Shown: positions 26,548 to 36,502, numbered from the stretch's first letter. The stretch is DNA of 42,338 nt from an uncultured Synergistales bacterium (GCA_937897575.1 CALCQG010000140.1:1-42338); one strand, 5' to 3'. The notes: generated by a model not told the origin, from the letters alone. Translations and numbers: made by a program.

Positions 26548-28005
26548 TCAGAAGAGGGACGCGTACAGCGCCTTGTATAGGGGAGCGGACCGGTTCCAGG
26601 AGTGGTCCTCCTCCATGCCCCTGGCCTGGAGACGCCTCCGCAGCCCCTCGTCGCGGTAGGCGGCCTGTGCCCTCGACACGGCCTCCACCAGCGAGGCCGT
26701 GGAGTAGTCGTAGAAGAGGAACCCGTTGCCCCTCTGGCCGTCGTGCTCGAAGACGGAGTCCGCAATGCCGCCCACGTATCGCGCCACGGGGATCGTACCG
26801 TAGCGGAAGCTGATGAGCTGCGAGAGCCCGCAGGGTTCGAAGCGCGACGGCATGAGGAAGAAGTCCCCGGCCGAGTAGGCCAGATGCCCCAAGGGCTCGT
26901 CGTAGCCTATGTAGCACTGCACGGCGTCGGGCCAGCGCTCCGTGGCCTGGTTCAGCCCCCACTCGTACTCCGGCTGTCCCGAGCCGAGGAAGAAGAAGCG
27001 GCATCCGCGGTGCACCAAAGCCTCCAGGGCGGGGAGGAGGATGGGGAGCCCCTTCTGCTCCACGAGGCGTCCCACGGAGACGAAGAGGGGCCGCCCGTCG
27101 TCCTCCCAGCCGGCCATCCTCATGAAGGCGGCGCGGCACGCGTCCTTCCCCGAGAGGTCGTCCCGCGTGTAGTTGGCCGGGATCAGAGGGTCCGTCTCCG
27201 GGTTCCAGAAATCAGTGTCGATCCCGTTCATGATCCCCATGGTCTTGTGCCCCAGGCTCCGGAGCAGACCGCCAAGCCCTTCTCCGCCCGCGTCGGTCTG
27301 AATCTCCCGGGCGTAGGTCGGGCTGACCGTCGTGACGGCCGTCGCGCCCACAATGGCCCCCTTCATGAGGTTCCCGTCGCCGTAGAACTCCATGGCTTCG
27401 GGCTGGAAAGCGTCCTGGGCGATGCCCCACTCGTTCAGCGTTTGAAGGGGCAGGATGCCCTGGTGGGCGAGGTTGTGGATGGTGAAGACCGTCCGGTAGT
27501 CGTTGAAGAATCGGCGGTAGTACTGGTGCCACGTGAGCGCTCCGATGACGGGGGCCGTGGTCCAGTCGTGGCAGTGGATGATCCGGGGCCGCCACCGGAT
27601 GGACTCGGGCAGGTCCAGGGCCGCCAGGGAGAGGAAGAGAAAGGGGATCACCGAGTCGGCGGTCACGTCGTTGGGGTATATCCTTCTGCCGCCGAAGAGG
27701 GGGGAGTCGAGGAGGTAGACGGGAAGGTCGTCCACGAGACACTTCCAGACCGTCCCCCGGAGGATCTCCCATCGCACGACGGCCTCCACCCCGCGGGAGA
27801 CGCGGGTCAGGGGAAGCCCCCTGTCCCGGATGGCGTCGAGGATGCCGTCCCACGCCGGCGTCACGATGCGGCAGTCCACCCCCTGCCTTCGCAGAGCCGG
27901 AGGGAGGGCGCCCGCCACGTCGCCGAGGCCGCCCACCTTGCTGAAGGGGGCGACCTCCGGGCTCACGTGGAGGACCCGAAGCGTCTCGGTTCGTTCGTCG
28001 GCCAT
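26548..28005 (-). CDS. glgA: Glycogen synthase
   Basis: KVGGLGDV, HCHDW, TIHNLAHQG, GRLVEQKG, PSRFEPCGLSQL. Confidence 0.95.
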   Translation of the reverse strand: MADERTETLRVLHVSPEVAPFSKVGGLGDVAGALPPALRRQGVDCRIVTPAWDGILDAIRDRGLPLTRVSRGVEAVVRWEILRGTVWKCLVDDLPVYLLDSPLFGGRRIYPNDVTADSVIPFLFLSLAALDLPESIRWRPRIIHCHDWTTAPVIGALTWHQYYRRFFNDYRTVFTIHNLAHQGILPLQTLNEWGIAQDAFQPEAMEFYGDGNLMKGAIVGATAVTTVSPTYAREIQTDAGGEGLGGLLRSLGHKTMGIMNGIDTDFWNPETDPLIPANYTRDDLSGKDACRAAFMRMAGWEDDGRPLFVSVGRLVEQKGLPILLPALEALVHRGCRFFFLGSGQPEYEWGLNQATERWPDAVQCYIGYDEPLGHLAYSAGDFFLMPSRFEPCGLSQLISFRYGTIPVARYVGGIADSVFEHDGQRGNGFLFYDYSTASLVEAVSRAQAAYRDEGLRRRLQARGMEEDHSWNRSAPLYKALYASLF

Positions 28006-28011
28006 CTCGCG

Positions 28012-29748
28012 TCACATCCCGATGAAGTTGATGTCGTAGGCCTTTTCGCAGTACTCCTTCACGACCCTGTGAGTGTTGAAGTAGCTCGCGTCCTGGGCGA
28101 TGGCGCGCTGCATCATCCGGATCCAGCCGTCCTGATCCTCGTAGTACAGGGGGATGATCGTCTTCTCCAACTTGTTGTAGAGGTCCACGGCGTCCTGGGT
28201 CTCGTCGTAGCGGACGAGCTCCGACTCCGATGGCAGCGGGCCGATGGACCAGCCGGTGACGCCCTCCTCCCACCCCTCGATCCACCACCCGTCGAGCACG
28301 GAGAAGTTCATGACGCCGTTGAGGCAGCACTTCATGCCGCTCGTCCCCGAGGCCTCCCTGGGCCGCAGGGGGGTGTTGAGCCACAGGTCCACGCCCTGGG
28401 TGATCAGGGCGCCCTTGTCCATGTCGTAGTTCTCGAGGAAGACGACGGCGATGGCGTCGTCCACCTTCTGGGCGGCGTTCAAGAGCCTCTGGAGCAGGGC
28501 TTTGCCGCCGTCGTCCTTGGGGTGGGCCTTGCCCGAGAAGACGAGCTGGATCCGCCCCGCACCGATCTCCACAAGGCGCTTGACGTTCGAGAAGATGAGG
28601 TCGGCCCGCTTGTACTGGGCGGCCCTCCGGGCGAAGCCGATGGTGAGGACGTTGGGGTCGAACTGTCGGCCCGTCTGCTCCATGATCTCCGCCATGAGGC
28701 GCATCTTGTTGGCCTGGTGGGCGTTCCAGATGTCCTTGGGCGGGATGTGGATGGCCTGGATCAGCCGGCCGGGGTCGTTCTCCCATCCGGGAATGTGGAG
28801 GTCGTAGAGCCGTTTCATGCTTGCGCTGACCCAGGTGCCCGGATGCACGCCGTTGGTTATCCAGTCGATCTCGGGCTTGGAGAACATGTTCCGGCTCACC
28901 TCGGCGTGCTTCTTGGACACGGCGTTCACGTACCGGCTGAACTTGATCCCCAGCTCCGTCATGGAGACGCCGTCGGCGTTGGGGAGCATCTTGCGGAGGT
29001 TGTACATGAAGTCTTGGGGGAGGACCTTCTCCACGAGGTCGAAGCGGAAGAAGTCGTGCCCGGCGGGGATGGGCGTATGGGTGGTGAAGATGACCTGTTT
29101 GCGGACCTTCTCCAGGTCGTAGTACCCCTGCTCGCGCATGAGCTCCAGGGTGAGGAAGCCGGCGTGCCCCTCGTTCATGTGGAAGGTCTCGATGTTGCTG
29201 TACCCGAGGTCCCGGAGCATCCGAAGGCCTCCGATGCCGAGGACCAGCTCCTGGCAGAGCCGGTAGATCTGGTCCCCGCCGTAGAGATCCCAGGTGATCT
29301 TTCGGTCGTCGGGGTGGTTGCCGTCGAAGTCCGTGTCCAGGAAGTAGACGGGCAGAGGGTACCCCGTCGTGCCGGTGATCTCGTAGAGCCACGTCCGTAT
29401 GATGACGTCCCTGCCCTGCATGGTGACGGTCACCTGGTTGGGCAGCAGGGTGAGCTCCTGGACGGGCTGCCACTGGACGGGCTTCTCCACCTGCCACTGT
29501 TCGCTGTTGAAGGACTGGTCGAAGTACCCCTTGCGGTAGAGCAGGGAGATGCCGACCATGGGGACTCCCAGGTCCGCCCCGCTTTTCAGGATGTCCCCGG
29601 CGAGGACGCCGAGGCCGCCCGAGTAGGTCGGCAGGGAGGCCTTCACCCCGATCTCCATAGAGAGATAGGCGACGGGCCTGAACGCTGGATCACTGACGAG
29701 TATCTGCTGTATGGAGCTGCCGAGCTCCCGATGGCTTGCCGCTGTCAT
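28012..29748 (-). CDS. glgP: Alpha-glucan phosphorylase (short type)
   Basis: YSGGLGVLAGD, NEGH, FTTHTP, ITNGVH, FARR, GKAHP, EASGTSGMK; start ATG 29748 with AAGGAGG RBS. Confidence 0.93.
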   Translation of the reverse strand: MTAASHRELGSSIQQILVSDPAFRPVAYLSMEIGVKASLPTYSGGLGVLAGDILKSGADLGVPMVGISLLYRKGYFDQSFNSEQWQVEKPVQWQPVQELTLLPNQVTVTMQGRDVIIRTWLYEITGTTGYPLPVYFLDTDFDGNHPDDRKITWDLYGGDQIYRLCQELVLGIGGLRMLRDLGYSNIETFHMNEGHAGFLTLELMREQGYYDLEKVRKQVIFTTHTPIPAGHDFFRFDLVEKVLPQDFMYNLRKMLPNADGVSMTELGIKFSRYVNAVSKKHAEVSRNMFSKPEIDWITNGVHPGTWVSASMKRLYDLHIPGWENDPGRLIQAIHIPPKDIWNAHQANKMRLMAEIMEQTGRQFDPNVLTIGFARRAAQYKRADLIFSNVKRLVEIGAGRIQLVFSGKAHPKDDGGKALLQRLLNAAQKVDDAIAVVFLENYDMDKGALITQGVDLWLNTPLRPREASGTSGMKCCLNGVMNFSVLDGWWIEGWEEGVTGWSIGPLPSESELVRYDETQDAVDLYNKLEKTIIPLYYEDQDGWIRMMQRAIAQDASYFNTHRVVKEYCEKAYDINFIGM

Positions 29749-29822
29749 GCCGAACGAACTCCTCCTTGCGTTGTGCTCTGTCGTTGTAATAGTACCAGAA
29801 AATTCTTTTTCCGACGAACGGC

Positions 29823-31328
29823 TCACGTCCTCCCGTACAGCGAGGCCAGCCTTTTCAGCCGTTCGGCCAGCCCGTCGGAGAGGCGGCCCTTCGGCGCCCG
29901 CCACGTCCAGTTGCCGGTGGCGGTGGAGGGGGTGTTCATCCGCGCCTCGGACCCCAGGCCGAGGTAGTCCTGCAGGGGGATGATCGCCCGCGCCGCCACG
30001 GAGGAGAGGGTCAGCCGGACGATTCGGTCGGCGGCGTCCCCCTCGTCCACAGGGTGCCCCACATACTCCTGGAGAAGGCGGGCCTCGTCGGGCGACGACC
30101 TGAACCACCCGAGGGCCGTGTCGTTGTCGTGGGTCCCCGAGTAGACGGCGAGGTTCCGCTTGTGGTTGTGGGGCGCATGGGGGTTGTCCGCCGTGTCGCC
30201 TTCGAAGGCGAAGAGGAGCACCGCCATCCCCGGAAGGCTAGAGCTCGCTATGGCCTCCCGAACGTCCGGTGTGATGATGCCCAGGTCCTCGGCCAGGAAG
30301 GGGAGGTCGGGGAAGGAGGAGCGCACCGCCTCGAAGAAGGGGGTGAACGGCACGGGGCGCCAGGTCCCCTTCTCCGCGGTCTGCTCGCCGAAAGGGACGC
30401 TCCAGCAGGCGACGAGACCCCGGAAGTGGTCGATCCGGACACGGTGGTACATGGAGAGGGCGCGGCGGAGCCGCTCGATCCACCAGGAGAACCGGTCCCT
30501 CTCCAAGGCCTCCCAGTCGTAGAGGGGGTTGCCCCAGAGCTGCCCCGTCTTGCTGAAGTAGTCGGGCGGCACGCCGGCCACCTCCACGGGCAGGAGGTCG
30601 GCGTCCAGTCTGAAGAAGCCGGGGTGGGCCCAGACGTCGGCGCTGTCGTAGTGAACGTAGATGGGGAGGTCTCCGAGGAGCTCCACGCCGACCTCGGCGC
30701 ACCGCTCCTTCAGCCGCTCGAGCTGAGAGAAGAAGAGGAACTGGCCGAAGGCGAGATAGTCCATCTCCTCGCGGAGGTCGGCGGCGGCGGCGCGGAGGGC
30801 GTCCTCCTCCCGCCGCCGGAGCTCCTCGGGCCAGAGGTTCCACGGCAGACCGCCGAACCGCTCCTTCAGGGCCGTGAAGAGCGTGTAGTCCGTGAGCCAG
30901 TAGCGCTGCCGCTCGAGAAAGTCGTAGTAGGCCCCGTCGGGCGCGAACTTTCCGAAGGCCAGGCGGACTTTTCCGTCGCGGTACGCCCGCACGGCGTCGT
31001 AGTCCGTTCTTCCGTCGAGGAAGGACGGGGCGTCCGTCAGATCCTCCGGTGCGAGGAGCCCCTGTTCCACCAGGTCGTCCAGGGCCAGGTACAGCGTGTC
31101 CCCCGCGAAGGCCGAGGGAGAGCTGTAGGGCGAGTTCCCGAGAAGCCCGTCAGTCCGGGTGAGGGGCAGGACCTGCCAGAGAGACTGCCCCGCCCGGGCG
31201 AGAAAGTCGACGAAGGCGCGGGCCGGGCCACCCAGGTCACCGGAGCCCGTCCCGTCCGGGAGGGACGAGAGGGCGAGCAGGATGCCGCAGGAGCGCTTCA
31301 GATGGACCACCTCCCTGTGCCGTTTCAT
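29823..31328 (-). CDS. malQ: 4-alpha-glucanotransferase (GH77)
   Basis: WQVLPL, SPYS, GDLPIY, GVPPDYFS, WGNPLY, RIDHFRG, AEDLG, GTHDNDT. Confidence 0.94.
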   Translation of the reverse strand: MKRHREVVHLKRSCGILLALSSLPDGTGSGDLGGPARAFVDFLARAGQSLWQVLPLTRTDGLLGNSPYSSPSAFAGDTLYLALDDLVEQGLLAPEDLTDAPSFLDGRTDYDAVRAYRDGKVRLAFGKFAPDGAYYDFLERQRYWLTDYTLFTALKERFGGLPWNLWPEELRRREEDALRAAAADLREEMDYLAFGQFLFFSQLERLKERCAEVGVELLGDLPIYVHYDSADVWAHPGFFRLDADLLPVEVAGVPPDYFSKTGQLWGNPLYDWEALERDRFSWWIERLRRALSMYHRVRIDHFRGLVACWSVPFGEQTAEKGTWRPVPFTPFFEAVRSSFPDLPFLAEDLGIITPDVREAIASSSLPGMAVLLFAFEGDTADNPHAPHNHKRNLAVYSGTHDNDTALGWFRSSPDEARLLQEYVGHPVDEGDAADRIVRLTLSSVAARAIIPLQDYLGLGSEARMNTPSTATGNWTWRAPKGRLSDGLAERLKRLASLYGRT

Positions 31329-31440
31329 GTATTCTACCTCATATAAAGTCGGAGGGATTGGGGTATAATCGGCATCGTGCCGCCCGTGCCGCGGCCGCGC
31401 CCCCCGGAAGGGCGACGAGGAGAGGAAGGAGCGTGTCCCG

Positions 31441-33843
31441 ATGCCCCCCATGATCTGTCTGCACGGCCACTTCTACCAGCCGGCCCGGGAGAACCCGTGG
31501 ATCGGCCGGATAGAGCTTCAGCCATCCGCCGCCCCGTATCACGACTGGAACCACCGGGTGGCGGCCGAGTCGTACGGACCGAACGCCGCCGCCCGCATCC
31601 TCGGCGCCGACGGGCGAATACGCAGCATCGTGAACAACTATGCCCGGATGAGCTTCAACTTCGGCCCGACGCTCCTTTCATGGATGGAGAAGGAGCGGTC
31701 CGACCTGTACCGGGCAGTCCTCGACGCCGACCGCCGGACCGCTGAGCGCTTCTCCGGGCACGGCGGGGCCATGGCCAACATCCATAGCCACATGATCATG
31801 CCCCTGGCGAGCAGGAGGGACAAGGTCACCCAGGTCCTCTGGGGGATAGGGGACTTCACGCGGCGCTTCAACAGGGCCCCCGAGGGGATGTGGCTCCCCG
31901 AGGCGGCCGTGGACTCGGAGACCCTGGACATCATGGCGGAGAACGGCATCCTCTTCACCGTCCTCGCTCCGCGGCAGGCCCAGGCCGTCCGGCCCATGGG
32001 GGAGAATGGGTGGAAACCCGTCCCGGACGAGCGGGTCGACACGACGAGGCCCTACCGGTGCGCCCTGCCCTCGGGGCGATCCATCGCCATCTTCTTCTAC
32101 GACAACCTCCTCTCCCATGATGTGGCCTTCGGCGACCTGCTGAAGGACGGGGCGGCGTTGACCGGACGCCTTCTGTCGGCGTCGGCGCGGTCGGGTGGCG
32201 GGCTCGTCTCCCTGGCCGTGGACGGCGAGACCTTCGGCCATCACCATAAGTACGGGGACATGGCCCTGGCCTGGTGCCTTGAGGCCATGGAGAGGAGGCA
32301 GGACATCCGGCTTACGGTCTATGGAGAGTACCTCGAGAAGAACCCGCCGAGGGACGAGGTCCGCATCGTGGAGAACTCCTCCTGGAGCTGCTCTCACGGG
32401 GTGGAACGGTGGCGGTCGGACTGCGGCTGCGCCCCCCAGGACTATCCGACGTGGAGCCAGAGGTGGCGGGCGCCTCTCCGGAAGGCATACGATGGGCTGA
32501 GAGAGCAGCTGGACCCGCTCTTCGAGCGGGAGGCGGGCGCCCTTCTTGCCCAACCCTGGGGGGCGAGGGACCGATATATCGGCGTGGTGCTGGACCGGAC
32601 CCCGCAGGTCCAGCGGGACTTCCTCGCCCGGGAGGCGCTCCGGCCCCTGTCGCCCGAGGAGGAGTGCCGGACGCTGTCGCTCCTCGAGATGGAGCGGAAC
32701 CTCATGCTTCTGTACACGAGCTGCGGTTGGTTCTTCGACGACCTCTCCCGTATCGAGACGATCCAGACCATGGCCTACGCCGGACGGGCAATCGACCTGG
32801 CCGAAGACCTGTTCGGAAGCGGGGACATCCTCGAACCCTTTCTCGCGGCCCTGGCCGAGGCGAAGAGCAACCGGCCGGAGTACGGCGACGGCGAGAGGAT
32901 CTTCCGGCACTTCGTCGAACCGTTGAAGGCCGATCTCCGCCGCGGCGCCGCGATCGCGGCCATGCTCTCACTCCTCCTCTCCGAGGATGACGCCCCCGTC
33001 GACCGAGGCGGGGTCTTCCCCTCCTGGCGGATCCTCCGATACTCGACGCACGTGCGCGACGAGGGGGCGAGACGCCTCCTTGCGGGCGTCCTTCGAATTC
33101 AGTCCGCCGACACCCTCGAGGAGCGGGACTTTATTGTTGCGGCGCTCCATGAGACCGGAGGCGAGCTCGTCTGCCGCGTGGCGGACCACCCGGGTGGCGA
33201 AGGGGACGAGGCGGAGGCCATGATCGAGGCCGTCCTGCGAGCGGGGGACGCCGACGAACTGCAGGGGGTGACCTACTCCTTCGCGGACCTCTTCGGGGCC
33301 GAACAGCGGGCCGTGCTGGAGGACCTTCTGCACCGCGGCCTCGAGCGGGCCGCTCCTCTGCTGGCGAGGCCGGTTCTGGACTACGTGCGCTTCCGGCCGT
33401 CCCTCCACCCGTCCCGCGACTGGGCTCCCCCCTCCCTCCCGTCCGTGGCGGAGATCGTGCTGAACCGCTCCATCCTCGACGCCATCGCCCGGGTGCCCTT
33501 CGACGGCGAGACGGCGGACCGCCTGGTCGAGGAGGCCCTCCGTCTGGGCGTCCGCCTGGACGGTGAGCTCGTCCGTCAGGCCCTGGCACGCCGTCTCGGG
33601 GACCTCTTCGGGGAACAGGAGGAGAGGGGGCCGGACGGTCGAGGAGCGTCGGAGATCCTTGCCCTTCTGACCATCCAGGGGCGGCGGGGTTGGAATGCGG
33701 ACCTCTGGCCGTGGCAGAACGCCTTTGCCCGGATCGTCGCCTCGGCCAGGGGCGACGGGCGGCCTCCCCTGCCCGAGGAGTACGGGGCCATCGGGACCCT
33801 CCTGGGGGTGTCCCTCACCGTGACCCTGCCCGACGGCCTGTAA
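31441..33843 (+). CDS. GH57 family glycoside hydrolase with DUF3536-type C-terminal region
   Basis: HGHFYQP, SFNFGPTL, GMWLPE (nucleophile), DGETFGHH (acid/base), SWSCSHGVERW, YTSCGWFFDD. Confidence 0.85.
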   Translation: MPPMICLHGHFYQPARENPWIGRIELQPSAAPYHDWNHRVAAESYGPNAAARILGADGRIRSIVNNYARMSFNFGPTLLSWMEKERSDLYRAVLDADRRTAERFSGHGGAMANIHSHMIMPLASRRDKVTQVLWGIGDFTRRFNRAPEGMWLPEAAVDSETLDIMAENGILFTVLAPRQAQAVRPMGENGWKPVPDERVDTTRPYRCALPSGRSIAIFFYDNLLSHDVAFGDLLKDGAALTGRLLSASARSGGGLVSLAVDGETFGHHHKYGDMALAWCLEAMERRQDIRLTVYGEYLEKNPPRDEVRIVENSSWSCSHGVERWRSDCGCAPQDYPTWSQRWRAPLRKAYDGLREQLDPLFEREAGALLAQPWGARDRYIGVVLDRTPQVQRDFLAREALRPLSPEEECRTLSLLEMERNLMLLYTSCGWFFDDLSRIETIQTMAYAGRAIDLAEDLFGSGDILEPFLAALAEAKSNRPEYGDGERIFRHFVEPLKADLRRGAAIAAMLSLLLSEDDAPVDRGGVFPSWRILRYSTHVRDEGARRLLAGVLRIQSADTLEERDFIVAALHETGGELVCRVADHPGGEGDEAEAMIEAVLRAGDADELQGVTYSFADLFGAEQRAVLEDLLHRGLERAAPLLARPVLDYVRFRPSLHPSRDWAPPSLPSVAEIVLNRSILDAIARVPFDGETADRLVEEALRLGVRLDGELVRQALARRLGDLFGEQEERGPDGRGASEILALLTIQGRRGWNADLWPWQNAFARIVASARGDGRPPLPEEYGAIGTLLGVSLTVTLPDGL

Positions 33844-34007
33844 CCAGCGGCGGTTTGCCGAAGGGCGCGGGAACTTCCGATTCGTCGCCTTCAAAGAGCG
33901 GGTCCTGTAGTGTAAGATAGAGGCGAACACATCGGGTCCGGCGGACGGCAGTCAGTTTTCCGGGCCTGTTTGCCAAAGACCGAGACCCCGACGGAAGGAG
34001 AAGGGAA

Positions 34008-34757
34008 ATGGACCATTCATACCACGATATGCCCGTGTCGTCGCCCCGCACGTTCTCCAGGGAACAGGCCCGCGTCATTCCGGTGGAGGAGTGCGGAGAG
34101 GAGCTGGTCCCGGCGAGCTTTATGCCCGAGAAGATCCTGGCGTGGCCAAGGTTCCACATCCACGGTATCGCGGGGGCGCCTCGGGAGTGCTTCGTCCGGC
34201 GGTCCGTCCTCTCCCGGCTCCTGACGGCCGCGGGCCTGCTTCCGACGGGGTATCGCCTGGTTGTCATGGACGGATGGCGGCCCCGGGCGGTGCAGACAAT
34301 CATCTTCCAGCGCTTCCGGTCTGAGCTCCGGGAGCGGATGCCCCTGCTGGACGACAAGGAGATAACGACTCTGGCATCCGAATTCGTCGCCCCCCCGTCA
34401 ACGCAGCCGACGAACCCCTCTCCCCACGTCACGGGTGGCGCTGTGGACGTCACCGTCGTGAACGACTCCGGACTCTTCCTGCCTATGGGAACGGCCTTCG
34501 ACGAGACCAGCGACCGGGCGGCCACGGCCTGGTACGAGGCGAAGCTGGCGGCGCGGGAGCAGATGACCCGCGAGGAGATGGACATCCTGTCGAACAGGCG
34601 CCTTCTGCACGGCGTCATGTCGGCGGCCGGCTTCACGAACTACCCGGCGGAGTGGTGGCACTTCGACTACGGCGACCAGAACTGGGCGTTCCTCAAGCGG
34701 GAGAGCGCGGCTCTCTACGGCCCTTGCGAGCCCTCCTTCCGGTGGTCCACCTCCTGA
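34008..34757 (+). CDS. D-Ala-D-Ala dipeptidase, M15D (VanX/DdpX-like)
   Basis: DGWRP, SPHVTGGAVD (SxHxxGxAxD Zn motif), MGTAFD, EWWHF; no evident signal peptide. Confidence 0.88.
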   Translation: MDHSYHDMPVSSPRTFSREQARVIPVEECGEELVPASFMPEKILAWPRFHIHGIAGAPRECFVRRSVLSRLLTAAGLLPTGYRLVVMDGWRPRAVQTIIFQRFRSELRERMPLLDDKEITTLASEFVAPPSTQPTNPSPHVTGGAVDVTVVNDSGLFLPMGTAFDETSDRAATAWYEAKLAAREQMTREEMDILSNRRLLHGVMSAAGFTNYPAEWWHFDYGDQNWAFLKRESAALYGPCEPSFRWSTS

Positions 34758-35076
34758 CGGCTCCCTGTCTCCCTCGAAACCTCCCGTGAAAAGGAGCCCG
34801 GCTCAGAAGGGCGTATCGGTCTTTTGGCGAGGCCGATCGATCACGGCCGTTCGTAGTTCGGGCTGACGGGGGAGACAAACGAAGGGTGTTGTTCATTCGC
34901 TCCCGCGTTCGTCCTTGTGGCGACCGATGAACAGCGTCGGTACAGACATGACGTTCTGAACGGCCGTGAAGCGGGTTTTATGGTTTGTCCACAGGCCGTG
35001 CAATAGTCTCTCTTTCGTCTCTATGTCATTGCGACGTTCCCAGGGCACAATCAAAGGCTGTGACAGATCCCGCCGG

Positions 35077-35308
35077 TCATTCGGACCGTCCGTTGTACAT
35101 TGACAGCGCCATCTCTTTTTTCAGCGGATCAATGAACAGCTCCATGGAGGCGCTCATCCGTTTGTTTTTGTGATACGTGTATATCGCCGTTATCGCGCCG
35201 TTTTTTATCTTCGTATCGACGCGTTTCACCGTGCCATTCCGCAATTCCGCCTCCACCGTGAAGTTCGTCCGATATGCAAGGCCGAGATTGCTCACGACGC
35301 TTCTCTTC
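35077..35308 (-). pseudogene. C-terminal fragment of a LysR-type regulator
   Basis: KRSVVSNLGLAYRTNFTVEAELRNG...HKNKRMSASMELFI resembles the end of a LysR effector domain; no HTH is present. Confidence 0.65.
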
Positions 35309-35422
35309 GCAGCCGATAGCTTGCGCTGCGTGCTCTACAGTATCGGTTCTTTCCGTATGTACAGTGATTTCCTTATCCAGCGTGAATGCCTGTAAGTAGG
35401 TTTTTACGTGTTCATAAGACAT
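35300..35422 (-). pseudogene. N-terminal fragment of a YbaK/EbsC (ProXp-like) protein
   Basis: MSYEHVKTYL...TDTVEHAAQAIGCEEK matches the family N-terminus and stops just before the expected IAK motif; GAGGAG RBS. Confidence 0.7.
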
Positions 35423-35440
35423 AGTCTTGTGGGCTCCTCT

Positions 35441-36502
35441 CTAATTGCTTTTCTCTTCGCCGCGTAGTCTGCCGAGGGCCCAAACGATGGGTTTCAGCAA
35501 TTCTGGCTTATCCTTGTATACAGTGAGCGCCTTTTCCAGCGGAGTGATATAGGCGCTGTTGCCGCTATTGCCCATGGCGATTGCGGCGTTTCGTCTGAAC
35601 AAGTCCATGTCCCTGATGTAGTTATACATGATGGGACGAATCGCCGTTTCATAGTAGTCCTCGTCCAGAAATAGCACTTTCTCAAGGTCAAATTCATCCT
35701 TGAGCGTTTCCAGAAACGGATCCTTCCGACTCGCACGTTTCAGCACAGCAGCGTTGCGAGGGCAGGCAAGCTGACAAATATCGCAACCGTGTATGCTTGT
35801 ACTGAACTTGTCCCACAAATCATCCGGGAAAGCGCCCAGCGGCAGTTGATGGTTGTTCATAGCGCAGTTGCGGGGCAGCAAGCGCCCAGGGGCTGCGATC
35901 GCCTGTGACGGACAGGCATCAATGCACTTATGGCAGCTTTCAGGGCAGTCACAGCGAACAGTGGGTTCGTCATAATCGAGAACAGTATCCACAAGGAAGG
36001 TGAAGAGGATGTTGAAGGAGCCATCCTCTTTCGTATAAGCAAAGTTGTTTTTACCATAGGTAATGATGCCAGCTCTCGCACAGGCAGCTCGCTGAGGCAG
36101 ATCACACTCGCCTTCGTACATACCGATGCCCAGCGATTTGATAAAACGCTTATACTCGGCAACACGGATGCCTGCCAAATCGTTTGGCTGTGGCACATAG
36201 GAACGGCATAGATATGCCCGTGCCACATGACGTGTCAGTTCTTCTGGATAGAGATACTGACTATATCCAAGTGTCGCGCAGATGATTGATGTTCCCTGCG
36301 GATAATAGTTCTTTGGTGTGGCGGTCTCCGTCAAGTAGGTGCGTCCGGGATACTTACTTCGATCTGGATCGGCCCATATTGCATAATCCGGGCGGCGCAG
36401 CAGTTCTTGGGCGTATTCAATAAAGGGCTCTGCTGTCGTGATGCCGATATGCGAAAACCCCAGCTCCAACCCTTTTCGTTTGATTATATCGGTGACTTTC
36501 AT
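35441..36502 (-). CDS. QueG-like (epoxyqueuosine reductase/reductive dehalogenase superfamily) double Fe-S protein
   Basis: LGFSHIGITTAEPF, RAACARAG...GKNN, CPESCHKCIDACP, GCDICQLACP, RRNAAIAMGN (HEAT-like tail); AAAGGAGG RBS; visibly lower GC than the flanks. Confidence 0.82.
   Translation of the reverse strand: MKVTDIIKRKGLELGFSHIGITTAEPFIEYAQELLRRPDYAIWADPDRSKYPGRTYLTETATPKNYYPQGTSIICATLGYSQYLYPEELTRHVARAYLCRSYVPQPNDLAGIRVAEYKRFIKSLGIGMYEGECDLPQRAACARAGIITYGKNNFAYTKEDGSFNILFTFLVDTVLDYDEPTVRCDCPESCHKCIDACPSQAIAAPGRLLPRNCAMNNHQLPLGAFPDDLWDKFSTSIHGCDICQLACPRNAAVLKRASRKDPFLETLKDEFDLEKVLFLDEDYYETAIRPIMYNYIRDMDLFRRNAAIAMGNSGNSAYITPLEKALTVYKDKPELLKPIVWALGRLRGEEKSN

Noticed and set aside
26602..29967. 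1121-aa plus-strand ORF
   Set aside because: Antisense shadow of glgA/glgP in high-GC DNA, with no recognisable motifs.
34008..34757. Vancomycin resistance locus
   Set aside because: Only a VanX/DdpX-like peptidase is present, with no vanA/vanH/vanRS neighbours. Cell-wall recycling or D-Ala scavenging is more likely.
34884..34896. Left end of the IS481 remnant (gtgttgtt match), implying a composite element
   Set aside because: Only about 8 nt match the right end and there is no terminal TGT at the expected position.
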